64,000 nucleotides of DNA from Planctomycetota bacterium. GTDB taxonomy: Bacteria > Planctomycetota > GCA-002687715 > DRQF01. Location: positions 128,022 through 192,021 of the forward strand of contig JAZGFI010000103.1 of assembly GCA_036479435.1 (NCBI GenBank), written 5' to 3'. The translations under genes were made by a program, and so were the position numbers. The notes beneath the pieces are model-generated. The model made no database searches. It was not told the origin of the DNA and was given only the letters and a program-made list of their open reading frames with translations. Shown piece by piece: positions 1-10,071 of the stretch; the stretch's first letter is position 1, and the number at the start of each line of letters is the position of its first letter.

Positions 1-1164
1 GAATTCCTCGTCGCGATTGACTGCTAGCAGCACCGACTTTTGGCAGCGAGCCAAGGCATCAAAGACGAAAGTCTCGAATTTCACGCCGTCAATGCGGCTC
101 GGTTCTCCCGTTTCTGGATCCAGAGCAGGGATTTGTTTGCGCGCGAGGTGATAGGGCAAGTCCAGGCCGTGCTCGGTGATCGACTCAACGAAATCGCGAC
201 GGATCGCGTGCACCGCGATGTTGCCGGCGTTGAATTTGAGTTGCCCGCTCTCTGTCGTCGCCTCGAGCTCCTCCGAACTGAGGTCCGAGTATTCGATGAC
301 GCCGTAGCGGCCGTTGACGAGGCCAACGACACCAACTTTCTCTTGAGGATTGCGCTTCGATACGACCTTAGTCGACATCTCCGCGCCCTCGAGAACGTGA
401 TGCCCGAGGAACTCAGGGTCGCCAATCTGAACTAAGGGGTTGTCGACTTGGAAGTAGAAAATTTGCTCGACGCCCTCGTCGCGCATTTCGTCCAGAGCCC
501 CGCTTTCGCGCAATCCCAAAAGAGATCCGCCATGGCCGTTGGGACTAAGGAAAAGTTCTCCCGGACCCTGCAGCAAGATCCGCCCCTTGCGGTCTAAGGC
601 CGGCAGCATGGCTTGGGAAAAGAACTTCACGCGGCCAGAATCGAGACCGAAGTAGGACTCTTTTGCAAAAAAGGCGCGCGTTTCCTCGTCGTTGGCGCGA
701 CTCGTCATCACGTACCACAAAGGCGTACGGCCGTAGCGAGTGCCCAAGGCCGCGACTTTTTCGGCGAAGACCTGAAACAGGCTCTTTTTGCGAAGCGGAG
801 TGGCGGGATACATACCTTTGGGGCCGTCGAAACCCAAGCGCGATCCCTGTCCGCCGGCGACGACAAATACCGCGACTTTGCCGGCACGCAGTAGTGCCTC
901 GCCTTGTTCGCGAGCGTCTCGGTCCTCTTTTTCGTCTCCGCCTTTGGTCTTGGCGGCTGCGGGCTCAAGGCTGGTCGTCGACCCGCCTGAATCCGCAGCG
1001 AGCAAACTCTTCAAATTTTCGAGCAGCTCCCAGTTGAGGTCGAAGAGCTCTTGATAGAAATCGCGTCCTGCGACCTCGCCAAGCTGGTCGACACCCTCCA
1101 AGAGGTGTTCTTGCCCACGCTGCGCCAACAGGGCGCGAATTCTTGACTCCTCGCCTCCCGCCAC
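1..1164 (-). CDS. UDP-sugar pyrophosphorylase, UDPGP/UAP1 family (C-terminus runs off the window start); GTG start 6 nt after the fabF stop
   Basis: Hand translation of the minus strand gives a continuous frame through this region: VAGGEESRIRALLAQRGQEHLLEGVDQLG...FVVAGGQGSRLGFDGPKGMYPATP...WYVMTS...LSPNGHGG. The GGQG(S/T)RLG nucleotide-binding loop is typical of eukaryotic-type UDP-GlcNAc/UDP-Glc pyrophosphorylases. The frame is absent from the ORF track because it uses a GTG start. Confidence 0.65.
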   Translation of the reverse strand, partial: MAGGEESRIRALLAQRGQEHLLEGVDQLGEVAGRDFYQELFDLNWELLENLKSLLAADSGGSTTSLEPAAAKTKGGDEKEDRDAREQGEALLRAGKVAVFVVAGGQGSRLGFDGPKGMYPATPLRKKSLFQVFAEKVAALGTRYGRTPLWYVMTSRANDEETRAFFAKESYFGLDSGRVKFFSQAMLPALDRKGRILLQGPGELFLSPNGHGGSLLGLRESGALDEMRDEGVEQIFYFQVDNPLVQIGDPEFLGHHVLEGAEMSTKVVSKRNPQEKVGVVGLVNGRYGVIEYSDLSSEELEATTESGQLKFNAGNIAVHAIRRDFVESITEHGLDLPYHLARKQIPALDPETGEPSRIDGVKFETFVFDALARCQKSVLLAVNRDEEF

Positions 1165-1169
1165 TGGTA

Positions 1170-2414
1170 TCAGTCCTTCAGGTTTCTGAAAGCAAGGCAG
1201 AGGTTGTGGCCGCCAAATCCAAGCGAGTTGGAAATGGCAATGTCGATCGCGAGGTCGCGAGGACCGCTTTGGACGTAGTCCAGGTTGCAGTCGACATCGG
1301 GGTGGTCGCAGTTTTTGGTTTGGTGGACAACGCTGTGCTGGATCGACAGCGCACAAACAACCGACTCGACGGCGGCCGAGCCACCCAATAGGTGTCCAAT
1401 CATGCTCTTCGTGCTACTCACGGCTAACTTTTTGGCGTGGTCACCGAAGACCGCTTCGATCGCCAGGCTCTCGTTGGGATCGTTGATCGGCGTCGACGTG
1501 CCGTGGGCGTTGACGTAGCTAACGTCAGTGAGGTCGGCCTTGGCATCGCGCAGGGCGAGACGCATCGCGCGTTGGGCACCTTCGGCTCCCGGCGCGGGCT
1601 GGGTGATGTGATGGGCATCGCCCGTCATGCCGACACCTGCCAACTCACAGTAGATCTTGGCTCCGCGAGCCTTCGCAAACTCGTACTCCTCGATCACCAG
1701 GACGCCGGCGCCTTCGCCCATTACGAAACCGTCGCGATCGCGATCGAAGGGCCGCGAGGCCGCTTCGGGATCGTCGTTGCGAGTCGACAGAGCCTTCATG
1801 TTGCCAAAGCCGCTCATGCCTACTGGCGTGATGGTCGCTTCCGCCCCGCCGGTCAAGACGATGTCCGCTTCGTCGTACTGAATCGCACGTAGGGCGAGAC
1901 CAATCGCGTGACCGGCCGAGGCACAGGCCGAAGCGGTGGCGAAGTTGGCGCCCTTTAGATTGTAGATCATCGACAACTGGCCAGACATGGCGTTGAGCAT
2001 GATCTTGGGAATGAGGAAAGGCGAGACTCGCTTGGGGCCCATTTCCAGCAGGCGTTTGTGCTGGATTTCGGTCTCCAACAGTCCGCCGATTCCCGAGCCG
2101 GTGATGACGGCAGCTCGTTCGGCAATCGCATCGTCGACGACGAGACCCGAATCGGCCATCGCCTCAACGGCCGCGACGAGACCAAAATTGACCCAGCGAT
2201 CCTGTCGTCTAGCGACTCGAGCATCGATGTACTGGGAGGGATCAAAATTCTTGATCTCACCCCCAATCGTCGCGGGGAAATCGGTCGTATCGAAATGCTC
2301 GATGCTGGAGAGTCCGCTGCGGTTTGCGAGCAGGCTTTCCCAGGTGTCCGCGGCGTTCATGCCAACGGGGGTGACACACCCCACGCCGGTGACGACGGCT
2401 CTGCGCATGGTCAA
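1170..2414 (-). CDS. fabF: 3-oxoacyl-ACP synthase II
   Basis: 414 aa; Cys-His-His KAS fold motifs ([32 protein letters not shown]); located downstream of acpP. Confidence 0.95.
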   Translation of the reverse strand: MTMRRAVVTGVGCVTPVGMNAADTWESLLANRSGLSSIEHFDTTDFPATIGGEIKNFDPSQYIDARVARRQDRWVNFGLVAAVEAMADSGLVVDDAIAERAAVITGSGIGGLLETEIQHKRLLEMGPKRVSPFLIPKIMLNAMSGQLSMIYNLKGANFATASACASAGHAIGLALRAIQYDEADIVLTGGAEATITPVGMSGFGNMKALSTRNDDPEAASRPFDRDRDGFVMGEGAGVLVIEEYEFAKARGAKIYCELAGVGMTGDAHHITQPAPGAEGAQRAMRLALRDAKADLTDVSYVNAHGTSTPINDPNESLAIEAVFGDHAKKLAVSSTKSMIGHLLGGSAAVESVVCALSIQHSVVHQTKNCDHPDVDCNLDYVQSGPRDLAIDIAISNSLGFGGHNLCLAFRNLKD

Positions 2415-2458
2415 TACCTCTATCTCTTTGCGCCTCGGCGCAAAGACCTCGGTCTCAC

Positions 2459-2497
2459 GAAAAAGGCCGTGAGCCGCACGCGACGGACTTCACGGCC
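2459..2497 (-). terminator. Rho-independent terminator after acpP
   Basis: On the minus strand: GGCCGTGA...17-nt loop...TCACGGCC followed by a TTTTT run. Confidence 0.5.
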
Positions 2498-2626
2498 TTC
2501 AGATTCGGTCGATTGGCTTCGGAGACTCATTAAACGAGTCGCCGCAAAGCCGGTGCCCCGAAATTGCGTTGCGGTTAAGGACGCTAAGTCTTGGCGCGCA
2601 ACGCCGGAGCTCTCGAACGCAATGGC

Positions 2627-2863
2627 TTACTTGGTCGCTTCCTCAATGTACTTAACCGCGTCGCCGACCGTTTGGATCTTCTCGGCGTCGTCTTCGGGGA
2701 TGCTGATTTCAAACTGCTCTTCGAGCTCCATGACAAACTCGACGGTATCGAGCGAGTCGGCGCTCAGGTCGTTCACGAAGGAAGTTTCCATCGTGACGCG
2801 ATCGGGGCTCGCGCTCAGTTTGTCACAAACAATGGACTTCACCTTTTCGGCTACGTCGGACAT
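2627..2863 (-). CDS. acpP: acyl carrier protein
   Basis: 78 aa, acidic, with the DSLD phosphopantetheine attachment motif ([19 protein letters not shown]). Confidence 0.95.
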   Translation of the reverse strand: MSDVAEKVKSIVCDKLSASPDRVTMETSFVNDLSADSLDTVEFVMELEEQFEISIPEDDAEKIQTVGDAVKYIEEATK

Positions 2864-3059
2864 CTCAATTCCTCTAAATCACTGGTCGTTCGGAAACTCC
2901 GAGTCGAATCCTCGGGGCCGCCGTTCGAGGGGCACATGACCCTCATGGAGATCGTCTCCGAGGGCCAGAATTAATACCACGAAGACGAGACGTCTTCAAA
3001 CTGAGGCCAAGGTGGTTTCAACCCGGCACTGATATTCCAAGTCCTTTTCCCAAACAGGC

Positions 3060-3806
3060 TTAGATCGCAATGCCGCCGTCAACAACCAGGGTTTGCCCCG
3101 TGATGTAGGCGCCACTACGGCCCGCCAAGAACACCGCTGCCGCGGCAATGTCGTCGCCGCTCCCAAAACGTTTCAAGGGAATGGAGTCGCGCATGGCATC
3201 CCTTTGCTCACCTTGAAAGCCCGAGGTCATGTCGGTTTCGATGAATCCAGGGGCGATCGCATTGACGCAAACCTGACGCGACGAAAGCTCGCGAGCGAGG
3301 GCTTTGGTGAAGGCCACCAGCCCGCCTTTGCTCGCGGCATAGTTGACTTGTCCCGCGTTCCCCTGCAAGCCGACAATGCTCGCGATGTTGATCACACGGG
3401 CACCACCGCGCTTCATCAGCGTCCTGGTAAAGGCCCGGCAGGTGTTGAAGGCACCCTTCAAGTTGGTGTCGATAACCAGATCCCAGTTTTCTTCGCTCAT
3501 GCGAAGAAACAGACCGTCGCGCGTGACGCCAGCGTTGTTGACCAAGATGTCAATCTCGCCAAAGTCGCCGAGGATCTCTTTGCCCAAGGCCTGGACCGAC
3601 TCGAAATCAGCGATGTCGGCCCCGTAGGCCTTCGCGCGAACCCCCAAAGATTCGACGGCAGCCACGGTGTCGGCCACACGTTCGGCTGCGGTGGCCACGG
3701 CGGCGATCTGGCAGCCTTCGCGCGCTAATCCCTCGGCAATGGCGCGGCCGATGCCGCGACTCGCTCCGGTGACGACGGCGATCTTATCTTTCAATTCAAA
3801 ATCCAT
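3060..3806 (-). CDS. fabG: 3-oxoacyl-ACP reductase (SDR)
   Basis: TGASRGIGRAIA Rossmann motif, NNAG, YAASKGG catalytic Tyr/Lys; start moved to the internal ATG (MDFELKDKIAVVTGAS), as the track ORF has an unlikely basic 21-aa extension. Confidence 0.9.
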   Translation of the reverse strand: MDFELKDKIAVVTGASRGIGRAIAEGLAREGCQIAAVATAAERVADTVAAVESLGVRAKAYGADIADFESVQALGKEILGDFGEIDILVNNAGVTRDGLFLRMSEENWDLVIDTNLKGAFNTCRAFTRTLMKRGGARVINIASIVGLQGNAGQVNYAASKGGLVAFTKALARELSSRQVCVNAIAPGFIETDMTSGFQGEQRDAMRDSIPLKRFGSGDDIAAAAVFLAGRSGAYITGQTLVVDGGIAI

Positions 3807-3817
3807 GGATGGACCTT

Positions 3818-4762
3818 TCAGGCTTGAGCCGCGTTTTCGAGATCGGTGACGGCGTTGAAGCTCGTACAAACCGCATCGCGATCGATTTTCTTAAGGAGGC
3901 CGGTCAAGACTTTGCCGGGGCCAGGCTCAACAAAGGACGAGACTCCCGAGCCAAGAACCGTCGTCATGGCGTCCACCCACAACACGGGCTTCAGCACTTG
4001 CGCTTCAAGGCAGCGGCGAATCTCACTCGCGTCACGCATGAATTGCCCCGTGACGTTGCCGGCAACGGGTATGCGAGGTGCCACAATCTCAGTTGCTTCC
4101 AACTCGACTCTCAGCTTGGCCGCGGCGGGCGCCATGAGCGACGAATGGAAAGCGCCCGCAACGTTGAGGACAATCGCCCGACGAATGCCCTCTTCCTTAG
4201 CCACCACCACAGCACGCTCAACCGCGGTTTTTGTTCCCGACAGAACGATCTGGCCCGGCGACAAGAAGTTCGCGACGGTCAAGACTTCCGATTCAGCCGC
4301 CTTGTTGGCGACTCTTTCCGCCTGTTCAGGTTCGGCACCGACGAGCGCCACCATGCCGCTGGGCGGATGATCGCTGGCTTCCTGCATGAAGGTGCCGCGT
4401 TTCGAGACCAGCCGAAGACCGTCTTCAAAGGAAAACGCACCGGCGTACCACAGCGCGGTGTACTCGCCGAGGGAAAGCCCCGCTGTCGCCTTCACTTCGC
4501 TGCGATTCAAGATGCCCTCGTTTTCCAAAACGGTGACGATGGCAGCGCTGGTCACGAAAATCGCGGGTTGGCAGTGTTTGGTCGCCGTCAGATCTTCGCT
4601 GGGGCCGTTTTGGCAGAGCCCCGGTAAGTCATACCCGAGCAGGTCGGCCGCACGATCGAAGAGTTCTTTGGCCGCCGGATAGCTCGCCATGAAATCCACG
4701 GCCATGCCGACTTTTTGGGCTCCCTGCCCCGGGAACAAGATGGCTTGTGATCGGGAAGTCAT
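3818..4762 (-). CDS. fabD: malonyl-CoA:ACP transacylase
   Basis: ILFPGQGAQKVGM N-terminus, GLSLGEY active-site Ser motif. Confidence 0.9.
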   Translation of the reverse strand: MTSRSQAILFPGQGAQKVGMAVDFMASYPAAKELFDRAADLLGYDLPGLCQNGPSEDLTATKHCQPAIFVTSAAIVTVLENEGILNRSEVKATAGLSLGEYTALWYAGAFSFEDGLRLVSKRGTFMQEASDHPPSGMVALVGAEPEQAERVANKAAESEVLTVANFLSPGQIVLSGTKTAVERAVVVAKEEGIRRAIVLNVAGAFHSSLMAPAAAKLRVELEATEIVAPRIPVAGNVTGQFMRDASEIRRCLEAQVLKPVLWVDAMTTVLGSGVSSFVEPGPGKVLTGLLKKIDRDAVCTSFNAVTDLENAAQA

Positions 4763-4777
4763 ACGCGATGTTCCTAA

Positions 4778-5767
4778 CTACCAGCGAATAAGGGCGGAGC
4801 CCCAGGCCAGACCGGCGCCGAAGGCGACCATGCTGATCAGGTCACCTTCTTTGAGACGTCCGGCGCGTTTCACTTCATCAAAAGCAATCGGCACCGATGC
4901 GGCAGAGGTATTGCCGAAGCGATCGAGATTGATGTAGACCCGGTCCATCTCGATGTTGAGCTTGCCGCATGCGGCTTCGATGATGCGTTGGTTGACCTGA
5001 TGAGGAACCACGAGCGCAAGATCAGCCGTCGTGTGTTGAGTTTCTTCGAGGGAGGTGTTGATTAAGTGGCGGAACTTGTTGACCGCAAACTTGAATACAT
5101 CGCGCCCCTTTAGGCTCATGAGGTGTCGACGTTCTTCGATGATGGGATGAGACAAGGGCTCGCGGCTACCGCCGGCGTTTCTTTGAATCGCCTCCCATTG
5201 CTTGCCGTCTAAACCGGAAGTGAGGTGTAAGGCACGGCCACGTTCGGCACCTGCCTTCAGGATCATGGCTCCGGCGCCATCGCCAAACAGGATGCAAGAA
5301 GCGCGGTCTTGATAGTTGAGGATACTCGACAGCACTTCAGCGCCGATGACGAGCGCATTGTCGATGATGCCCGCCGCAATCATGCCCTGTGCGGCCATAA
5401 AAGCGCTCAGAAAACCCGTGCAAGCATTGGTGACGTCCCAACCGCCGGCTTGCGTGGCACCCAAGCGGTCTTGAACTAAGGCGGCGGTGTTCGGCAGCAT
5501 GTAGTCCGGTGTCACCGTGGCCACGATGATCATCTGAATCTCAGCGGCTTCCATGCCTGCATCTTCGAGCGCCGACTTGGCGGCGTTGATGCAAAGGTCC
5601 GAACAGGCCTCGTGTTCCGCCGCAACGCGGCGCGCCCTCATGCCCGTGCGCTGAAAGATCCACTCATCCGTCGTGTCGACAAGCTTCTCCAAATCGGAGT
5701 TCGTCATCACTTTTTCTGGGACGTAGTGGCCGGTGCCGACAATACCCACGTCGCGAATGGTATTCAT
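4778..5767 (-). CDS. fabH: 3-oxoacyl-ACP synthase III
   Basis: 329 aa KAS III; active-site Cys context (NACTGFLSA), HQVN, ends ...GAGLAWGSALIRW. Confidence 0.9.
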   Translation of the reverse strand: MNTIRDVGIVGTGHYVPEKVMTNSDLEKLVDTTDEWIFQRTGMRARRVAAEHEACSDLCINAAKSALEDAGMEAAEIQMIIVATVTPDYMLPNTAALVQDRLGATQAGGWDVTNACTGFLSAFMAAQGMIAAGIIDNALVIGAEVLSSILNYQDRASCILFGDGAGAMILKAGAERGRALHLTSGLDGKQWEAIQRNAGGSREPLSHPIIEERRHLMSLKGRDVFKFAVNKFRHLINTSLEETQHTTADLALVVPHQVNQRIIEAACGKLNIEMDRVYINLDRFGNTSAASVPIAFDEVKRAGRLKEGDLISMVAFGAGLAWGSALIRW

Positions 5768-5844
5768 GTTGATCTCCTCGTGGTCCCCGCTGAACTCGAC
5801 AGCAAAGCGATGAGCGTCGCCACCGCCGACTCTCTGCGGTCTCT

Positions 5845-6867
5845 CTAAGATTCGCCTTCTTGGTGGGCCGCGACGCCTTCTTGAATGGTCTGGACGACAT
5901 TCGCCTTCACGAAGCGCCCTGCCAATTTCATCGCGTTGCCGAGCGCGCGCCGATCGGAACGGCCATGGCAGATAAGGCAGGTACCGTTGACGCCCAACAA
6001 AGGTGCGCCGCCGATTTCCGCGTAGTCCGTGGCGCGACGAAAATCGGCGATCGCTTCGGCCAGGGCTGGACTAGGGTGGGTCTTGACGATCTTGCCAACG
6101 ATGTCTTCAAAACGCGCGTGCAGAGTCGCCGACAAGCCCTCGCTCACTTTGAGCATGACGTTGCCGACGAATCCCTCGCAAACCACCACATCAGCGCGAT
6201 GGTCGAAGATGTCATTGCCTTCAACCGAGCCGATGAAATTCAGCGGAGCCTTCGTCAACAGCTGCATGGTCTCTTTGACGAGGGGATTGCCTTTGGCTTC
6301 TTCGGCCCCGATGTTGAGCAGGGCGACCTTGGGGTTTTTGTGGCCGAGGGCCAACTCCGCAAAGATCGAAGCCATGATGCCGTAGTGCAGCAAATGGATG
6401 GGCTTGCAGTGAACATTCGCGCCGACATCGACGAGAACGGTGTGTTGATCTTTGGTGCCCACGGCGACCGCAATCCCCGCCCGCCGAATGCCTGGGATCA
6501 TGCGCCAAATGAGAGTCGCAGCCCCGACCACCGCGCCGGTATTTCCCGCACTCACGACGGCATCGGCGTGGCCCTCTGCCACGAGCCCAAAGCTCTTGAC
6601 GATGCTGTTGTCTTTCTTTTTGCGAAGGGCTTCGAGGGGGTTTTCGTCGCAACCGACGACTTGCTCGGCGTGCACGATGCTCAAACGTTCGCCGACGGCT
6701 GGAAATTCAGCCTCGGCTTTGGCTGCCTCGATCTCGACGCGTATTTCCGCCTCACGTCCGACGAGCACAACGTTCAGTTCTGCCTCTTCCGTCAGGGCGC
6801 GGATAGCCCCTCGGACGACTTCGAGGGGAGCGTGGTCCCCGCCCATTGCATCGACGGCGACTCGCAT
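5845..6867 (-). CDS. plsX: phosphate acyltransferase PlsX
   Basis: MRVAVDAMGGDHAP N-terminus, VGANVHCKP, LLGVNGTCLICHG conserved blocks. Confidence 0.9.
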   Translation of the reverse strand: MRVAVDAMGGDHAPLEVVRGAIRALTEEAELNVVLVGREAEIRVEIEAAKAEAEFPAVGERLSIVHAEQVVGCDENPLEALRKKKDNSIVKSFGLVAEGHADAVVSAGNTGAVVGAATLIWRMIPGIRRAGIAVAVGTKDQHTVLVDVGANVHCKPIHLLHYGIMASIFAELALGHKNPKVALLNIGAEEAKGNPLVKETMQLLTKAPLNFIGSVEGNDIFDHRADVVVCEGFVGNVMLKVSEGLSATLHARFEDIVGKIVKTHPSPALAEAIADFRRATDYAEIGGAPLLGVNGTCLICHGRSDRRALGNAMKLAGRFVKANVVQTIQEGVAAHQEGES

Positions 6868-6880
6868 GCCCCGGTGAGGC

Positions 6881-7066
6881 TCAGGCCGTCAGGTCGAGAT
6901 GAAGGATGTCGCGGCCGCGGTAGTGACCGCAGTTGCCACAAACCCGATGCGGCACGACGGCCGTGCTGCAGTTCGAGCAACGAATCATCGGCACCGCCTT
7001 GATGGCTAGGTGTGAACGCCGCATACGTTTTCTGGACTTTGAAGTCCGTCGTTTGGGAACCGCCAT
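6881..7066 (-). CDS. rpmF: 50S ribosomal protein L32
   Basis: 61 aa MAVPKRRTSKSRKRMRRSH with CxxC...CxxC zinc ribbon; immediately upstream of plsX. Confidence 0.9.
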   Translation of the reverse strand: MAVPKRRTSKSRKRMRRSHLAIKAVPMIRCSNCSTAVVPHRVCGNCGHYRGRDILHLDLTA

Positions 7067-7455
7067 GGCTCTCCTTTACCCATCTGATCCGTTGATTGCC
7101 GTGTTCGGCCGCCGTAGATCAGCTTGTATCGTGATCGAGTTTTTCCGCCGCCTCAGCTGCGGAGCCAATGCCGCTCAGAGGGGTCAGACCTAAAGCTTGA
7201 CCCGACGGTCAGTTGAAGGTTGGGCCCGGCCACCAAAAGGCAGCCCCAAGCGAGGCGGGATTGTATGGTGCGACCCGATCCTTCACAACGCCTCAAACTG
7301 CCTTTCTCCTGGCTCCTGCCCCGCCGTTCGTTGAAGCGAAGTCTTGGCCTTTATTAACTTTAGGGCTTGGCAAGGCCTGCGGTCAGCCGAAAGCGCTAAA
7401 AGGGCTCGAGCGAGACGAGGGGTGAGCCCCGCCCCGCTCGATGACCTGCTCTGGG

Positions 7456-8610
7456 CTAAGAGGCGGCGGCTTTGGGGCCCGTTCGCGGACTTTTGGCGCC
7501 CTTAGAAGGCGATGCCGGTTTGCTGGCTGCCGTCGCCTTGGGCCCGGCCGCCACTTCGTTCTCAGCGGCTTTTTGGCGCCGTGGGTCAAGCTTGTCGAGA
7601 AGCTGCTCTTTTACTTTCTCGACGACGTCCGGGTTCTCGCGGAGAAACTCCTTGGCGCGTTCCCGACCCTGCCCGAGGCGGGTTTCGCCGTAGCAGTACC
7701 AAGATCCCGATTTTTCGAGGAATTTATGCTCGACGGCGAGATCGAGGATGTCGCCGATGGCCGAGATGCCTTCGTTGAAGATGATGTCGAACTCGACCAC
7801 CCGGAACGGAGGAGCGATCTTGTTTTTGACCAGCGAGACCTTGGTGCGGTTGCCCACCACGGTGTCGCGGTCGCTGATCCGGCCGATGCGACGAATGTCG
7901 TAACGCTGTGAGGCGTAAAACTTGAGGGCGCGACCCCCGGAGGTTGTCTCGGGGCTGCCGAACATGACACCGATCTTTTCGCGAATCTGGTTAATGAAGA
8001 TAATCGACGTTTTGCTCTTGGACACCACGCCCGTGAGTTTGCGGAGCGCTTGTGACATCAAACGTGCCTGCAGCCCAACGTGGGAATCGCCCATATCTCC
8101 TTCGATCTCGGCTCGGGGCACCAAGGCGGCTACCGAGTCGATGACCACGACGTCAACCGCATTGCTGCGCACGAGCATCTCAACGATCTCAAGCGCCTGC
8201 TCGCCGGTGTCGGGCTGGGAGACGAGAAGGTTGTCGAAATCAACTCCCAACTTTTTCGCATATTGCGGATCGAGCGCGTGCTCGGCGTCAACAAAGGCGC
8301 AGATGCCACCCTCTTTTTGAGCACTGGCAATGACATGGAGCGTCAAGGTTGTCTTGCCGGAAGATTCCGGGCCGTAGATCTCAACGATGCGCCCGCGCGG
8401 AACCCCACCACCCGCTGCCAAATCGAGCGAAAGGCAGCCCGTCGAGATGCACTGGATGGGCTCATGATGGGCCTGCCCCATGCGCATGATCGCGCCCTTG
8501 CCGTACTGTTTTTCGATTTGCTGAAGCGTGAACTCCAACGCTTCGCGCCTTTTACCGTCGTCTTCGTATCGCGGCGGAAGGCCGGCGCTTTTTGCTGTAT
8601 TTTTGGCCAT
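7456..8610 (-). CDS. recA: recombinase RecA
   Basis: GPESSGKTT Walker [18 protein letters not shown]; start moved to the internal ATG ([10 protein letters not shown]...) since the track ORF carries a 94-aa low-complexity extension. Unusual basic P/A/K-rich C-terminal tail. Confidence 0.95.
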   Translation of the reverse strand: MAKNTAKSAGLPPRYEDDGKRREALEFTLQQIEKQYGKGAIMRMGQAHHEPIQCISTGCLSLDLAAGGGVPRGRIVEIYGPESSGKTTLTLHVIASAQKEGGICAFVDAEHALDPQYAKKLGVDFDNLLVSQPDTGEQALEIVEMLVRSNAVDVVVIDSVAALVPRAEIEGDMGDSHVGLQARLMSQALRKLTGVVSKSKTSIIFINQIREKIGVMFGSPETTSGGRALKFYASQRYDIRRIGRISDRDTVVGNRTKVSLVKNKIAPPFRVVEFDIIFNEGISAIGDILDLAVEHKFLEKSGSWYCYGETRLGQGRERAKEFLRENPDVVEKVKEQLLDKLDPRRQKAAENEVAAGPKATAASKPASPSKGAKSPRTGPKAAAS

Positions 8611-8737
8611 GGAGCCAATCTCCTCGTCTTCGAGCCTCAGATCACATCGACCTAAGCACCGCAAGGTAGAAGACGAGGGGGACGGCGTCGCGGACCTGAA
8701 TTCTTGGACCAGGCTGCGACTTTTCAGATCGAGAGCT

Positions 8738-9955
8738 TTAGGCGCCGGCAGCATTTTTACTAGCGGACGCGATGAAGGCGCCGATGCGCTCGTAGGCCTT
8801 TTGAAGCGTCGCTTCCGGGGGCAAGAAGACGACTCGGAAATGGGCGGTACCGGGTTTCTGGCCGAAGCCGCTGCCGTGTACGACCACGACACCGGTGGCG
8901 CGGATCAAGCTCGCGATGAAGGCTTCCTCGTCCTCGGGTCGGACGTTTTCGAGCCGGGGGAAGGCGTAAAAAGCACCCTTGGGGGCCACGCAGCTCAGGC
9001 CCTCGATGGCATTCAATGCCTCGTAGGTGAGGTCGCGGCGAGCGGTGACCTTTTGGCGCAAAGCGGGAAGGTGGCTTTTGTCGCCGAGGACCACGGGGAT
9101 CGCGTACTGCTCAGGATGATTGGAAGAAAGGCGCGCGCGCTGGAGCTGTTCCATGGCGGCGTTGAAGTCGCGGACTTTTTCGGCCGGACCGGACAGGATG
9201 CCCCAGCCAATGCGAAGTCCTGGAGCTACGTAAGCTTTCGAAAGGCCATCGAAAGTCAAGATCGCGACGTCGTCGGCGAGACTCGCCAAAGGAACGTGGA
9301 CCGCGCCGTCGAGCACCAACTCGCTGTAGATCTCGTCCGCGATGATGAGGAGGTTGTGTCGGCGCGCCAAGTCCACCACGCCCTCGAGCGCTTCGCGTTT
9401 TGCCACACTCCCGGTCGGGTTGTTGGGATTGATCACGACGATGGCGCGGGTCTTGTCGTCGATGGCCGCCGCCATGCTCTCAAGATCCGGTTGCCAGTCG
9501 TCGTCCTCGTTCAGATAGTAGGCATTCTCGACCAAGCTCAGCTTCGCGGCCAAGGCGGTGTAGAGCGGATAGCCCGGCGAAGGCGTCAGGATGTTTTCAC
9601 CCGGATTGCAAAGTGCCGTCAGGGCGATCTCAATGCCCTCACTACAACCGTTCGCGATGTAAACATCCTGGATGGCGCGCAGCCCCTTCCCTTCGGCGTC
9701 GGCGCGAATCGCGTCCAGAGCCTGGGGCACCCCATCGCTCGGCGCGTAACCATTGCGATTGTCGCGCAGAGCTTTGACGATGGCTTCGATCGCAATAGCT
9801 GGCGTCTCGTAGTCGAATTGATTGGGGTCGCCAACATTGAGGTAGAGCATTTCACGCCCGGCCGCGGCCGCTTCCTTGGCCACGCTCAAAATATCGCGGA
9901 CCGCGTATTTGATGTTGACGATTCGCCGTGCGGGTTCGATGCGTTTGGACACCAT
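8738..9955 (-). CDS. PLP-dependent aminotransferase class I/II (AlaA/AspC-like)
   Basis: 405 aa; [16 protein letters not shown] (PLP Lys), [15 protein letters not shown]. Confidence 0.85.
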   Translation of the reverse strand: MVSKRIEPARRIVNIKYAVRDILSVAKEAAAAGREMLYLNVGDPNQFDYETPAIAIEAIVKALRDNRNGYAPSDGVPQALDAIRADAEGKGLRAIQDVYIANGCSEGIEIALTALCNPGENILTPSPGYPLYTALAAKLSLVENAYYLNEDDDWQPDLESMAAAIDDKTRAIVVINPNNPTGSVAKREALEGVVDLARRHNLLIIADEIYSELVLDGAVHVPLASLADDVAILTFDGLSKAYVAPGLRIGWGILSGPAEKVRDFNAAMEQLQRARLSSNHPEQYAIPVVLGDKSHLPALRQKVTARRDLTYEALNAIEGLSCVAPKGAFYAFPRLENVRPEDEEAFIASLIRATGVVVVHGSGFGQKPGTAHFRVVFLPPEATLQKAYERIGAFIASASKNAAGA

Positions 9956-10071
9956 AGGCTATTGGCTCAAGGCGCCTGAGCGCCTCTGAGACCCCTTATT
10001 GCAAAGTCATGAATTCAGAGTTCGGAGGCTACCAGAGGGATATCCGCCAGGCAATCTAGACCGTTTCGGCA

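Noticed and set aside
2058-2939. 293-aa plus-strand ORF spanning the fabF 5' end, the terminator and acpP
   Set aside because: It crosses an intergenic terminator and two conserved genes on the opposite strand.
3809-4627. 272-aa plus-strand ORF antisense to fabD
   Set aside because: Antisense to the conserved FabD; Arg-rich low-complexity translation.
5860-7002. 380-aa plus-strand ORF antisense to plsX/rpmF
   Set aside because: It lies entirely within well-supported minus-strand genes. The composition is Arg/Ala/Gly-rich, typical of spurious antisense ORFs in 60% GC DNA.
7067-7455. Expected yceD (DUF177) gene or rRNA/tRNA upstream of rpmF
   Set aside because: No minus-strand ORF of at least 60 aa and no tRNA-like T-arm found. 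The only ORF (7213-7425, plus strand) is Pro/Ala-rich and lacks the YceD CxxC motifs.
8528-9979. 483-aa plus-strand ORF antisense to the aminotransferase and recA 5' end
   Set aside because: It overlaps two confidently identified genes on the opposite strand; no motifs; GC-driven open frame.
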